From an uncultured Acidimicrobiia bacterium (GTDB lineage: Bacteria > Actinomycetota > Acidimicrobiia > Spongiisociales > UBA11373), in the NCBI GenBank assembly GCA_964633975.1, contig CAZWKX010000005.1, forward strand, positions 2,815 through 66,814: DNA of 64,000 bases, written 5' to 3'. Position 1 is the stretch's first letter. Each line of letters opens with the position of its first letter. The notes under the pieces were generated by a model. That model saw nothing but the letters and a program-made list of their open reading frames with translations. It ran no database searches and was not told the origin of the DNA. A program made the translations under genes and the position numbers. This document shows positions 42,305-52,326 of the stretch, piece by piece.

Positions 42305-43130
42305 CGTGAAGACCGAACCTCTCGCGGAGAGCCCTTCCGAAGTGCCGCGGAGACAGCACGATGAGGTGAGCCGGGCAGGGACCACGTGCGACCTCGACCC
42401 ACTGTCCAGGTTCTAGCTCGCCGATGGAGCGGCCGTCGACGTTGACGCGGGCAGGACGGTCGCCCTCTGCGCTGAGCTGGAGGCGGGCGGACGCTCCAAA
42501 GACGAGCGGCCGGGCGAAGAGGTTGTGCGGAGCCACGGCAGTGACCACGAGCACTTCGAGCTCGGGATCCACCAGAGGGCCGCCCGCCGAGAAGGTGTAG
42601 GCGGTCGATCCCGTCGGTGTCGCGACCACAACGGCATCCGCCCGGTAGCAGACGAGACGCTCTGCGCCGACGGACACGCCGATCTTCACCACGTGCTGGC
42701 TGAGCACCTTCTCGACCACTACGTCGTTGATCCCGGCGACCGGCTCGGCGCCGGGCATCGTCGCAGCCACCGTCATGCGAAGGGATTGCTCGAACCGGCC
42801 GTCCCTGAGAGCATCGAGGGCGGCCCCCACCTCTTCAGGCTCCACCGCGGTGAGGAAACCGACGTGCCCTGCGTTCACCCCGAGCACAGGCAGCCCGGTG
42901 GCCAGGCCCAGGCGCACTGCTTCCAGCACGGTGCCGTCCCCTCCGACGGCCACGATGACGTCGCCCTCGGGGACGGAGTCCGGAGACCGGACCTCGGTGC
43001 CGGCGACGCGCTCGGCATCTGCAGGAGTAGCGGTGACCGTCATGCCGCGACGGCCCGCCTCGCCGACGAGTGCCGCCGCCGCGGCGGCGGCTCGATCACG
43101 GCTGGGATGGACCACCAGAACCAGTTTCAT
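42297..43130 (-). CDS. nadK: NAD kinase
   Basis: GGDGT motif (VGGDGTVLEA); NE/D short motif; 277 aa. Confidence 0.9.
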
Positions 43131-43903
43131 CCGACCGCTTCCTCGATCCTGCGGCGCGTCAAGGAGGCTGCTTCACCGAGCCGCCCTGCCACGAAGAACT
43201 CCACGTTTCCCTTGGCCCCCGTGATGGGCGAACGAACGACGGACCTGGCCCCAATCCCCGCGGCGGCAAGGGCGTCGACGACACCGGCCACGGCACGACC
43301 GTGCAGCACAGACCCGCCGACGATACCGCCCTTGCCCACGTTCTCCCGTCCTACTTCGAATTGTGGCTTGACAAGCACAACGTAGTCGCTGCCGTCCCGA
43401 CCGCAGGCGGCGAGGTTCCCGGCGAGAAGCCCGACCGAGATGAATGACACGTCGACAACGACCAAATCGAAGGGTGCTCCGAGAGCCTTCGGGCCGGCGT
43501 AGCGGAAATTGGTGCGGTCGTGCACGGTGACACGCTCATCGGTGCGCAGACGCCAGGCCAGCTGGCCGTAGCCCACGTCGACCGAAGCCACCGCAGCGGC
43601 TCCTCGCTGGAGGAGAACATCGGTAAACCCTCCGGTGGAGGCGCCCACATCCAAGCAGCGGCGCCCCTCGGGATCAATGCCGAAGACGTCGAGGGCGGCA
43701 GCGAGCTTGGCTCCGCCTCGGCTGGCCCATTCGGCGACGTCGACGAGCGACAGGCCCGTCGTCTCATCGACGAGAGTGCCGGGGCTGGGAATCGGGATAC
43801 CCGAGACGCGCACCCTGTCCTCCTGGATGGCACGGCGAGCGGCGGCTCTGCTACGAACGACGCCGCGCCGCACCAGCTCCCGGTCGAGACGGCGACGGCT
43901 CAG
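43127..43903 (-). CDS. tlyA: TlyA-family 2'-O-ribose rRNA methyltransferase with S4 domain (CTG start)
   Basis: FtsJ-like MTase core (LDVGASTGGFTDVLL); N-terminus (L)SRRRLDRELVRRGVVRSR aligns residue-for-residue with Mtb TlyA VARRARVDAELVRRGLARSR and needs a start at CTG 43901-03; first canonical codon is GTG 43873. Confidence 0.8.
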   Translation of the reverse strand: MSRRRLDRELVRRGVVRSRAAARRAIQEDRVRVSGIPIPSPGTLVDETTGLSLVDVAEWASRGGAKLAAALDVFGIDPEGRRCLDVGASTGGFTDVLLQRGAAAVASVDVGYGQLAWRLRTDERVTVHDRTNFRYAGPKALGAPFDLVVVDVSFISVGLLAGNLAACGRDGSDYVVLVKPQFEVGRENVGKGGIVGGSVLHGRAVAGVVDALAAAGIGARSVVRSPITGAKGNVEFFVAGRLGEAASLTRRRIEEAVG

Positions 43904-44040
43904 TGTGCAGCCTCTTCGGATGCAGTCGAATCGAGACCGGCGGCCAATGCCGAAGCCAGGGCGTCCGCGATCTCCGCAGCTTCCGCCGGGTCGGCCGTCT
44001 CGAGGGCGTGGAGCAGGCGCTCGATACGCGTATTATCCAT
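43900..44040 (-). CDS. small acidic Ala-rich protein (46 aa), positional homologue of the small ORF upstream of tlyA (Rv1693-like)
   Basis: ATG start 44038-40; helical Ala/Glu-rich sequence; stop TGA overlaps the tlyA CTG (CTGA). Confidence 0.4.
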   Translation of the reverse strand: MDNTRIERLLHALETADPAEAAEIADALASALAAGLDSTASEEAAH

Positions 44041-44079
44041 AGACGCATTATCACCCGGCGGGACGACAGGAAGCTGGTT

Positions 44080-44844
44080 TTGATCCCGATACGGGATGTG
44101 AATCCCACCCGAATCCGCCCTTTCGGCACATGGGCGCTCATCGTGGCAAACGTCATCGTGTACTTCGCCGTGCAGCCCGCCGCAGGCCCCGACCAGAGCT
44201 CTCAGCAGGAGTACAACCGCTTCATATACGAAAACGCCGCCATAGCGTGTGAGCTGACCACCGGCGAGCCTCTCAGCGCGGACGAGATCAATTCGGGCCA
44301 GTGCTCGGACGTGGACGCGGGCGCGCCCTACTTCTCCGACAAGAACATCTGGCTGGCGGTCATCGTCTCGATGTTCCTGCACGGTGGCATCGCCCACATC
44401 CTCTTCAACATGTGGAGCCTGTGGATCTTCGGCAACAACGTCGAGGAGGCATTCGGCACGTTCGGCTACCTGCTCCTCTACCTGGGCACCGGCATAGCCG
44501 CCACGGCGGGGTTCGTGCTCTTCAATCCCGACCTGACCATCCCCCTCATCGGCGCCAGCGGCGCCATAGCCGGAGTCATGGGCGCCTACATCGTGCTCTT
44601 CCCCCGGCACCTGGTGCTGACCCTGGTCTTCTTCTACATCGTCGCCTTTCCCGCCGCGCTCTTCCTCGGGATCTGGTTTGTAGGGCAGTTCGCCCTGGTG
44701 AGCAGCACGGAAGGCGTCGCCTGGCAAGCGCACGTGGTCGGCTTCCTTGCCGGCATGGCCGTCGCCCTCCTGCTGCGGAAACGGTTGCTCGCCAACACGC
44801 TCAACCCCGATCCACCGCGGCGTCAGGACTCCTCAGTCTTCTAG
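44080..44844 (+). CDS. rhomboid-family intramembrane serine protease
   Basis: GASGAIAG (GxSG) and downstream His in TM helices; IPIRDVNPT N-terminal rhomboid signature; start set at in-frame TTG 44080 with AGGAAG RBS. The track's 43903 start would overlap the small minus-strand ORF. Confidence 0.75.
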   Translation: MIPIRDVNPTRIRPFGTWALIVANVIVYFAVQPAAGPDQSSQQEYNRFIYENAAIACELTTGEPLSADEINSGQCSDVDAGAPYFSDKNIWLAVIVSMFLHGGIAHILFNMWSLWIFGNNVEEAFGTFGYLLLYLGTGIAATAGFVLFNPDLTIPLIGASGAIAGVMGAYIVLFPRHLVLTLVFFYIVAFPAALFLGIWFVGQFALVSSTEGVAWQAHVVGFLAGMAVALLLRKRLLANTLNPDPPRRQDSSVF

Positions 44845-45614
44845 AGCAAGAGCGCGGGCAGCTCGACCAGGCTCCCTATCACACGATCCGACGCCAGCTC
44901 CGCAGGCACGTCCGCGGCATCGGCGGTCACCCCGGTGAGCACGAGCACGCTGTTCCAACCCTCGAGGCCGGCCATGGCCAGATCCGTCTCGGGCCGGTCT
45001 CCGACCACCCACGTGGGCCCAGCGCCCAGATGCCGCCGGATCACGGCACGCATGGGCTCGTGAGGTTTGCCCGCCACTTCGGCGCGGCGGCCCGACGCCG
45101 TCTCCACCGCCGCCACGATCACCCCGGCACCGGGCCAGTAGCCCTCGGGAGTCGGGTAGGTGGGATCGGTGTTCGTGGCGATCAAGCGGGCCCCCTTCTC
45201 CAGCGCCCGCATCGTCGACCTTACGGCCTCGTAGTCGAAGCTTCGGCTAAGCCCCACCACCACGGAGCGCGCCTCCTCGGGAATCCGGGTGACTGAAATC
45301 CCCATCTCATCCAGAGTGCCGGCCAGTCCGGCCTCCCCCACGGCGAACACCGGCTGGTCGCCGGGGCCAAGCATGTCTGCCACCGCCATGACGGAGGTGA
45401 TCACCTGGCCGGCGTCGGCCGGGTAGCCACAGCAGGAGACGATGTGCTCTGCGACACCCTGCGGCGTCAGCATGCCGGCATTTGTGGCGAACAGGAGCCT
45501 AAAACCCGCTTCATCGAGCCGCTCGAGGGCGGCCGCGGCGCCGGCGATGGGATGCCCGGCCAGGTACAGGACACCATCGAGGTCGCAGACTATGTTTCCC
45601 CGCTCCGCCGGCAT
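44841..45614 (-). CDS. HAD-IIA family hydrolase (NagD-like phosphatase)
   Basis: DLDGVL motif I at N-terminus, …GKP… and …GD…TD motifs. Confidence 0.8.
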   Translation of the reverse strand: MPAERGNIVCDLDGVLYLAGHPIAGAAAALERLDEAGFRLLFATNAGMLTPQGVAEHIVSCCGYPADAGQVITSVMAVADMLGPGDQPVFAVGEAGLAGTLDEMGISVTRIPEEARSVVVGLSRSFDYEAVRSTMRALEKGARLIATNTDPTYPTPEGYWPGAGVIVAAVETASGRRAEVAGKPHEPMRAVIRRHLGAGPTWVVGDRPETDLAMAGLEGWNSVLVLTGVTADAADVPAELASDRVIGSLVELPALLL

Positions 45615-45704
45615 GCACTGCTCCGCAACTCGGCTGTCCGCCCATCGGGCGCGCAGGACGCTACCACCCGCCGGCGTTGGTGCCGCCCGAGGCGCCCTCC
45701 CCAG

Positions 45705-47048
45705 TCAGGTCCCGATGTGCGCCCCGAAACGCTCAACGGTGGCGGCGAGCTGGGCCACGGTGAGGCGCAGAGACTCCTCGCTGACCCGCTCGTCGTTGCC
45801 GTGGAAGAGGGTGAAGAACTCGCCGAAGGGAATCCGATCGTCGAAGACGGCAACGCCGTACGCCACCGTCCCCCGGCTGCGGAAGAACCGGGCGTCCGTG
45901 GCCACGGGGATAAGTGATGGGATCAACCGCCGCCGACCGGTCACCACCTCGAGGCCGTCCGCGATGGCCTCCCACAACGGCCCCTCGGGCCGGGACCCGT
46001 TGGGCCGTGTGATCTCGAGCCGTTCCAGGCGCACGTCTTCGTCCCGGCCCAGGACACGGCGCAGGTGCGCGTCCACGTCGTCCTCGTCCTGTCCGGGAAG
46101 GGCACGCACGTCCATGCGGGCTTCGGCGTGATCCGGCACCACGTTGGTTTGCACGCCTCCCTCCAGCGTGTTGACGCTGACCGTCAGATGGGTGCAGGCG
46201 TGGACCCATCGGGCAAGGCCCCGATCGGTGCGGAAGATCTCGCTGATCACATCATCCACGAGCTCGGCGTCGAGGAGCCGTCTGCGGAGGGGGTCCGCGG
46301 GTCCCCAGGCCTCAACTAGGCGCCGCCACTCGGCCGTGATCACGGCCCCAGGCGGGTTCTCAATGAGCCGGGAGACTGCTCGGGTCAACGGGACCAGTGC
46401 GCTGCGCGTGCCGTAGGGCTGGCTCCCATGGCCGGGAATCCCGTCAGCGACCAACCGGCGCCACTGGGGACCCTTCTCCGCGACGGTGACCGGCAGGCCC
46501 GGCCCCTCCTCCCCGGTGAGAAAAGGTGCACCCGTCTCGGTGACGAGGTACTCACAGGCAACGTCCTCCCATCGGTTCTCGACTAGCCACCCGCTTCCCA
46601 GCCGACCGGCGGCTTCCTCGTCGGCAACGGCCAGCAGCAGGAGGTCGCCGGGAAGGGGCGGCAGCGTTCCATCGAGATAACGCCTAAAAACTGCCGCCAT
46701 CACCGAAGTCTGGTTGAGCATGTCCACGGCCCCGCGTCCCCAGACGAAGCCATCGCGGCGCTCACCCGAAAAAGGAGGGTGACTCCAGCCGTCGGGACGC
46801 GCCGGCACGACGTCCGTGTGCCCCAGGAGCATCAGCCGAGGCGCCCCGGGCCGGCTGCCCGGCACCCGGTAGAGAACGCTCTGGCGTCCGGGGTGAGGCT
46901 CGAACACCCGGCCTTCGGCTCCCAGGTAGGCGGCGAGAGTGGCCACCGAACGATGCTCCCGACCACTGTCGGCCGTCCCATCGTTCACACACTCGTTCCG
47001 AATCAACGAGACAAGCAGCTCAACGACCTCTCCGGTCGGAATCGTCAC
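45705..47048 (-). CDS. M20-family metallopeptidase/dipeptidase
   Basis: HTDVVP metal-binding motif, dimerisation-domain insertion; GTG start 47046-48 with AGGGAG RBS. Confidence 0.8.
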   Translation of the reverse strand: MTIPTGEVVELLVSLIRNECVNDGTADSGREHRSVATLAAYLGAEGRVFEPHPGRQSVLYRVPGSRPGAPRLMLLGHTDVVPARPDGWSHPPFSGERRDGFVWGRGAVDMLNQTSVMAAVFRRYLDGTLPPLPGDLLLLAVADEEAAGRLGSGWLVENRWEDVACEYLVTETGAPFLTGEEGPGLPVTVAEKGPQWRRLVADGIPGHGSQPYGTRSALVPLTRAVSRLIENPPGAVITAEWRRLVEAWGPADPLRRRLLDAELVDDVISEIFRTDRGLARWVHACTHLTVSVNTLEGGVQTNVVPDHAEARMDVRALPGQDEDDVDAHLRRVLGRDEDVRLERLEITRPNGSRPEGPLWEAIADGLEVVTGRRRLIPSLIPVATDARFFRSRGTVAYGVAVFDDRIPFGEFFTLFHGNDERVSEESLRLTVAQLAATVERFGAHIGT

Positions 47049-47317
47049 GGCTCTCCCTTCGATCGAGACGACGTGGGCGCGGCCCGGCGAGGCACGGCGA
47101 TGCGGCGAGCGGTCAAACGACTCGGCCCGGGACTGGTCGTCCGGCAAAGACCGGGAAGCGCGCCGCCGTCCATGCGGCGGTGCCCACGGGCGGCGGACCT
47201 TGGGTTGAAGCTGGGTCCTGCCAACCCGTTTCCGAGGGATCGATCACGAACAGCGATGCCGACGTGCCTTACGGCACCAGCCCCGACTTCCATGGGACGT
47301 CAGCGTAGCCAGAAGGC

Positions 47318-47761
47318 TCAGACGCAGTCCCGGCAGAGGGACTTCCGCTTGTCCGCGAGCTGGGTGACCCGCTTCACCAGGAAGCACGAAGCGCAGACGA
47401 ACTCGTCCGACCCCACGGACTCGGCCTCGGTCTCGAGAGCCATGGCCTCGCGTCGGATCTGTCGCAGCTCCTCCGCTTCGTCGACCGGGAGCACTTCGGC
47501 GGCCTCATCCTCGGTGAGCATCTCGAGCTCTTCGGCCTCCAGCTCGTCGAGCGCCTCTTCTTCTTCCTCCTCCTCGTCGTCGTCCTCGTCCTCGTCCTCC
47601 TCGACGTCCTCCTCCTCCTCGTCCTCCTCCTCCAAATCGGAGAAGTCGTCGGAATCGTCGAGGTCCTCCTCTAGAACATCGAGGTCGTCCTTGAGCCAGT
47701 CCTCGCTGGGCTCTTCGGCGTCGAACTCGTCTTCATTCGGGGGGGCGTCGGAAGTGACCAA
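47318..47761 (-). CDS. DUF4193-family protein with poly-acidic tract and C-terminal Cys cluster
   Basis: Long D/E run followed by CASCFLVK…LCRDCV zinc-ribbon-like C-terminus. Confidence 0.7.
   Translation of the reverse strand: MVTSDAPPNEDEFDAEEPSEDWLKDDLDVLEEDLDDSDDFSDLEEEDEEEEDVEEDEDEDDDEEEEEEEALDELEAEELEMLTEDEAAEVLPVDEAEELRQIRREAMALETEAESVGSDEFVCASCFLVKRVTQLADKRKSLCRDCV
47555..47635. repeat. low-complexity GAG/GAC/GAA trinucleotide tract (poly-acidic codons of the DUF4193 gene)
   Basis: tcctcctcc/tcgtcgtcc runs on the + strand encoding E/D repeats. Confidence 0.5.
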
Positions 47762-47819
47762 TCCAACTCCTCGGGATCAGGGCGGCCGGAGTATAGGTCC
47801 CCCCATCGGGAATCGGGAG

Positions 47820-48701
47820 TCAGATCTTGAATCGAAGCGCGCCGGGTTCGATACGCACAGTGACGGGCGTCTCGCCCAGGTAATCGCCGTCGACTTCGAT
47901 GGGCCAGGAACGGTCGGTCTCGATGGTGACCGAGGTGGATCGGTAGCGCCTCACCGCCTTGTGCGACAGATGCGATCCCCTCTTGACTTTGGGGAAGAGG
48001 GAGAGGGCCGCCCACTTCCAGCACGAGAAGAGCTGCACATCGAAGAAGCCGTCGCCGAGGGCCGCCCCCGGCGCGATGTTCATGCCGAACCCGAAGTACT
48101 GGCCGTTGGCCACAACAACGGCGAACGCCTTGCCTTGAAACGACTGACGGTCGGCAGTCAAGTCGACCCGGGCGGCGCGAAAGCCGGGCAGGGTCAGCCA
48201 AAACGCCGCCTTGTACCTGGACTTCCCCAGGCGACGGGTGACCCGCTCCGCGGCACGCACCGTGCCGGCGATCACTCCGACGTCGAGAACGTTGAGAAAC
48301 CGCCGGATTCCCCACTCGCCCTCGGCGACGCCGACGTCGATGCTGTAGGTGGCGTCGCCCTCGAGGTGAGCCGCCGCCTCCTCGAGGGACTGGGGCATCC
48401 CTACCGACCGGATCAAATCGCATCCGGAACCCGCGGGAAGCACTGCGATCACGGGCGGTTCCTCCCACCGGTGGCGCAGCAGAGCGTCGGCCATCAGACT
48501 CGCCGTGCCGTCGCCGCCGACGGCTAGATAGCGGTCGGCACCGAAGGCGATTCCCTCTTCGACCAGTGATCGCAGGTGTTCCGGGGAGTCCGAGGTATGG
48601 ATCTCGGCCGGGATTCCGCGCTCCTCGAGCGCGGCGTGCACACGACGCTCGACCCGCTCCCGGCTTCCCGCCGCCGGATTCACAATGGTCCACCAGGTCA
48701 T
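47820..48701 (-). CDS. diacylglycerol kinase-family lipid kinase (YegS-like)
   Basis: DAGK catalytic domain with GGDGT (VGGDGTASL); 293 aa; 4-nt overlap with helY. Confidence 0.8.
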   Translation of the reverse strand: MTWWTIVNPAAGSRERVERRVHAALEERGIPAEIHTSDSPEHLRSLVEEGIAFGADRYLAVGGDGTASLMADALLRHRWEEPPVIAVLPAGSGCDLIRSVGMPQSLEEAAAHLEGDATYSIDVGVAEGEWGIRRFLNVLDVGVIAGTVRAAERVTRRLGKSRYKAAFWLTLPGFRAARVDLTADRQSFQGKAFAVVVANGQYFGFGMNIAPGAALGDGFFDVQLFSCWKWAALSLFPKVKRGSHLSHKAVRRYRSTSVTIETDRSWPIEVDGDYLGETPVTVRIEPGALRFKI

Positions 48702-51214
48702 ATCGCTCCTGCTGCGGCGACGACACCACGATCGACGCTAGCAACCGCCGACCTCATGGGGCGCTCCAGCCCGGGCACAACCTCGGCGATTTGCAGCATG
48801 AGGTCGATGAGCTGCCTGCAATTCCTCACGAAGTCCCCCACTCCACTCGTGCCCTCCTCGAACAGCTCGCGCAGCTCGCTCCCCTTCGCCCAACGGTAGG
48901 CGATGTCGGCAAAACCGACCTCCGGCGGTCTGCTGACTTCGAGACCGGCCTCCTCTTCGTCGGCGGCGAGGCGTTCCCAGGTATCGGTCACCATGCCGAC
49001 GCAGCGCTCGAGGCTCGAAGTCGGGAGGCGCCGGGAATCGGCCTCGGCCCGCGGCTCGTACGTGAAAATGGAGACGAGCGCGGCAACCTCGGCCGTAGCC
49101 AGCCCCTCGAACAGCCCCTTCCCCAGAGATTCGGCGAGAAGCAAGTCCAGCTCGTTGTAGATGAAGCGCAGGCGCCGGCCCGCCGCCGTCAGCGCCCAGC
49201 CTTCCGCGTACCCCCGATTCCCGAGAATACGGAGAACGGAGTTGAGCCGAGGCACCATTCCTTCGCTGACGGCCGCCTGCCGGCGGCCGAGCCCTTCGAT
49301 GCGTCGCTCGCGTCTTCGGATCGATCGCACCGCCTCCAGATGGCGCTCCAGGCGGGGACAAGCCGCGGCTCCGTTCCCTTGGCCGGCGCCGCGCTCGAGC
49401 GGACGACGCGGTATGGCATCGCCGGGGGACCAAGCAGCCAGCAACGCGGCGACACGGTCCCGGTATCCGGGCTGTCGCGGCTCCGGCGGCATGGGAATCC
49501 CGAGGTGCCCCAGAACCACCGCGGTCACGGGCAGATCGTCCGATGCGATCCGGTGCAGGCGCCCATCGGCAGTGAGGGTGAGAAGACGCGGGCGTCGGCC
49601 GCGCCCACTAGCCATGACGACGTAACGCTGGCCAACTCCGTGCCCCCACTCGAGCACGTCACCGGGTTCGGCCTCGGATACAAACCGGCTCATCACCCGG
49701 CTGCGGTCCTCCAGGCCGCTCTCCGCTATCGCCCACACATCTCCCAGCTCGCACTCGGCGGCTTCACGATCAGCCGCCAGCGCGGCCTGCTCCTCCGCCA
49801 TCGAGGCCGCCGACTGCTCGGCGGATCGCTCATCCTGAAATCGGGCGAACGAGGCGTTGAGAAGCTCCTCGGCCCGGGCCCGGGAGTACGAGGCGATCAG
49901 ATTGGCCACCATGTTGTAGCGGGGCACGAACACGGATCGCAGAGGGAAAGGCCCGGACGCGGCGATGGCGGCCACTCGCTCGAAAGGGAGATAGGGCGTG
50001 TGGAGCACAACGGCGGTGCCCAACATGTCTATCCCGCGCCGACCGGCGCGGCCGGTGAGCTGCGTGTAGTCGCCCCCGCTCATGAGCGCGTGCCCCTGAC
50101 CGGTGTACTTCGACAGGTTCTCGAGGACCACGGCCCGAGCCGGCATGTTGATGCCCAGAGAGAGCGTCTCAGTAGCGAACACGAGCTTGACCAGCCCGGC
50201 GGCAAACAAGCGCTCGGTGGTCTCCTTGAACGCGGGCACCAGCCCGGCATGGTGGGTGGCGACCCCAGCCTCCAGGCCGGCGAGCCAATGCCCGTAGCCG
50301 AGCACGGCGAGATCGTCCACGGAGAGGTGCGCCGTGCGCTCCTTCGCCACTCGGTCGATGGCCTGTGCCTCTTCAGGCGTGGCGAGCCGCAAGCCGGCAT
50401 CGACCACGTGCTGGGCGGCCGCGTCGCATCCTGCTCGGGAGAAGATGAAGTAGATGGCCGGCAACAGTCCCCGGCGATGAAGGAACTCGCATGTCTCGAC
50501 TCGTCGCGGGGCGCCGTAGCGGTGGCCACGACCCCTGTGCAACATGCGCACGATGCGCTCGTTGGGGCGACCCTTGTCGAACGCGGGGAGCATACGAAGC
50601 GCTCCCCGCTCCCAGCGATCACTCAGCAGGTACTCGGAGTCGAGGGGCACCGCCCGCTTCTTCTCGACCACCAGGCTGGTTGGTCCTCTCCTGCTCCTCA
50701 CCCAGTCGGCGAACTCCTCCGCGTTGGCCACCGTGGCGGACAGGCAGACGAGTGGGATGCTCCGGTCCAGGTGGATGATGATCTCCTCCCACACCGGTCC
50801 CCGGGCAGGGTCGGCCAGGTAGTGCACCTCATCCAGTACGACGACCCCGACGCCGTCCAGCTCGGGGCTGTGGGCGTACATCATGTTCCGCAGCACCTCG
50901 GTCGTCATCACCACGATCGGCGCGCTTGCGTTGATCGAGTTGTCCCCGGTGAGCAGGCCCACCGTCGCGGTGCCGTGCTGCCGGCACAGGTCGCCGTACT
51001 TCTGGTTCGACAGAGCCTTAAGAGGCGTCGTGTAGATCGCTCGCCGTCCGCGGCCCAGCGCCCTCGCCATCGCGGCCTCGGCGACCACCGTCTTGCCCGA
51101 TCCCGTCGGCGCAGTAACCACGACGGTCTCTCCCCGATCTATGGCACCCGCTGCGTCTGCCTGGAACCGATCAGACGAAAAAGGCAGCAGCTCCATGTAC
51201 TCACGAGCGGTCAC
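48698..51214 (-). CDS. helY: Ski2-like DEAD/DEAH-box ATP-dependent helicase HelY
   Basis: Walker A TAPTGSGKT, DEVH box, ~840 aa; synteny with tatC/tatA as in Mtb Rv2092c. Confidence 0.9.
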   Translation of the reverse strand: MTAREYMELLPFSSDRFQADAAGAIDRGETVVVTAPTGSGKTVVAEAAMARALGRGRRAIYTTPLKALSNQKYGDLCRQHGTATVGLLTGDNSINASAPIVVMTTEVLRNMMYAHSPELDGVGVVVLDEVHYLADPARGPVWEEIIIHLDRSIPLVCLSATVANAEEFADWVRSRRGPTSLVVEKKRAVPLDSEYLLSDRWERGALRMLPAFDKGRPNERIVRMLHRGRGHRYGAPRRVETCEFLHRRGLLPAIYFIFSRAGCDAAAQHVVDAGLRLATPEEAQAIDRVAKERTAHLSVDDLAVLGYGHWLAGLEAGVATHHAGLVPAFKETTERLFAAGLVKLVFATETLSLGINMPARAVVLENLSKYTGQGHALMSGGDYTQLTGRAGRRGIDMLGTAVVLHTPYLPFERVAAIAASGPFPLRSVFVPRYNMVANLIASYSRARAEELLNASFARFQDERSAEQSAASMAEEQAALAADREAAECELGDVWAIAESGLEDRSRVMSRFVSEAEPGDVLEWGHGVGQRYVVMASGRGRRPRLLTLTADGRLHRIASDDLPVTAVVLGHLGIPMPPEPRQPGYRDRVAALLAAWSPGDAIPRRPLERGAGQGNGAAACPRLERHLEAVRSIRRRERRIEGLGRRQAAVSEGMVPRLNSVLRILGNRGYAEGWALTAAGRRLRFIYNELDLLLAESLGKGLFEGLATAEVAALVSIFTYEPRAEADSRRLPTSSLERCVGMVTDTWERLAADEEEAGLEVSRPPEVGFADIAYRWAKGSELRELFEEGTSGVGDFVRNCRQLIDLMLQIAEVVPGLERPMRSAVASVDRGVVAAAGAI

Positions 51215-51921
51215 CGCCGCAACACCAGCCTCACCAACCAGATGGTCGCCTCATAGAAGACGTACAGAGGGGCTGAGAGCAGGAGAAGGGTGAGCGGATC
51301 GCCGCTGGGTGTGACCACCGCCCCGACGGTCACGATGATCAGCACGGCCCAGCGCCGGCCCCGGGCCAGGGTGCGCCACCCCACCAGCCCCATCGCGGCC
51401 GCGGCAAAGAGGAACACCGGGAACTCGAAAGCGAGGCCGAACACGAGCAGATAACGCAGCGCGAACGTCAGGTAGTAGTCGCCGCCGATCACCGGCTCTA
51501 TTCGGTCCGAACCGAAGTCGAGGAGAAAGGCGATGCCGCGCTCCAAAGACCAATAACCGAAAGCGACTCCGCTCAGGAAAAGGAGGATGAGCACGCCGAC
51601 TACAGGGAGAGCCCGGCGCTTCTCCCGCCGGGTCAGCGCCGGGCTGATAAAGGCCCATACCTGGTAGATGACGACCGGGCTGGCAAATACGAACCCGGCA
51701 AACAGGGAAAGGCGCATGAAGAGGGAAAAGGCCTCGGTGGGTCGAAAGAAGGCGAGCTGCCTTCCTTCCGCGTAGCTCTCGTAGGGCGCGACCAGCAAGT
51801 CGAAGATCCAGGTCCGGAATACGAAGGCGGCGATGCTGCCGATGATCACGGCGGCGCTGGCCTTGATGAGTCGATTCCGCAGCTCCGTGATGTGGCTCAT
51901 GAGCGGAGCCTTCTCGCTCAC
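51211..51921 (-). CDS. tatC: twin-arginine translocase subunit TatC
   Basis: 6-TM TatC with HLxELRxRL N-terminal motif. Confidence 0.9.
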   Translation of the reverse strand: MSEKAPLMSHITELRNRLIKASAAVIIGSIAAFVFRTWIFDLLVAPYESYAEGRQLAFFRPTEAFSLFMRLSLFAGFVFASPVVIYQVWAFISPALTRREKRRALPVVGVLILLFLSGVAFGYWSLERGIAFLLDFGSDRIEPVIGGDYYLTFALRYLLVFGLAFEFPVFLFAAAAMGLVGWRTLARGRRWAVLIIVTVGAVVTPSGDPLTLLLLSAPLYVFYEATIWLVRLVLRR

Positions 51922-52244
51922 GGGCCGCGCTCCCCGGGCTCCTCTGCCTCCGGCTTCTCCTTGGGCTGCGCCTTCTCGGGCTGGCCGAGCATCGACTCGA
52001 TCTCGTCCCTCATCTCCTTGAGCGGTGCCACCGCCTCGCGGTACTCGTCCCTCACCTCTTGGAGCGGAGCGATGGTGTCGCGATACTCGTCCTCGATCCC
52101 GCTCTTCAGCTCGGCCGTGGCCCGGCGCACGGCTCGTATCATCGCTCCAAACTTGCGGGCCAGCTCGGGAAGGCGCTTGGGGCCTATGACGATGATGGCG
52201 ACGACGGCGATGGTGGTGAACTCAGCGGGGCTGATGCTGAACAC
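51918..52244 (-). CDS. tatA: twin-arginine translocase subunit TatA/B
   Basis: TM helix + amphipathic helix (IAVVAIIVIGPKRLPELARKFG); GTG start at 52242-44. The longer track ORF would overlap the upstream Zn-ribbon gene. Confidence 0.8.
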   Translation of the reverse strand: MFSISPAEFTTIAVVAIIVIGPKRLPELARKFGAMIRAVRRATAELKSGIEDEYRDTIAPLQEVRDEYREAVAPLKEMRDEIESMLGQPEKAQPKEKPEAEEPGERGP

Positions 52245-52326
52245 TCGGCCATGGTAGAGCCGGAGATCCAGCGACACGGAGAGCGGCCCCGAGGGGCCGC
52301 TCCGCGTATCCGTGTGCACACCGTGT

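Noticed and set aside
47555-47635. Tandem repeat array (CRISPR-like or VNTR)
   Set aside because: It is a coding trinucleotide low-complexity tract for poly-Glu/Asp inside DUF4193. There is no repeat-spacer structure.
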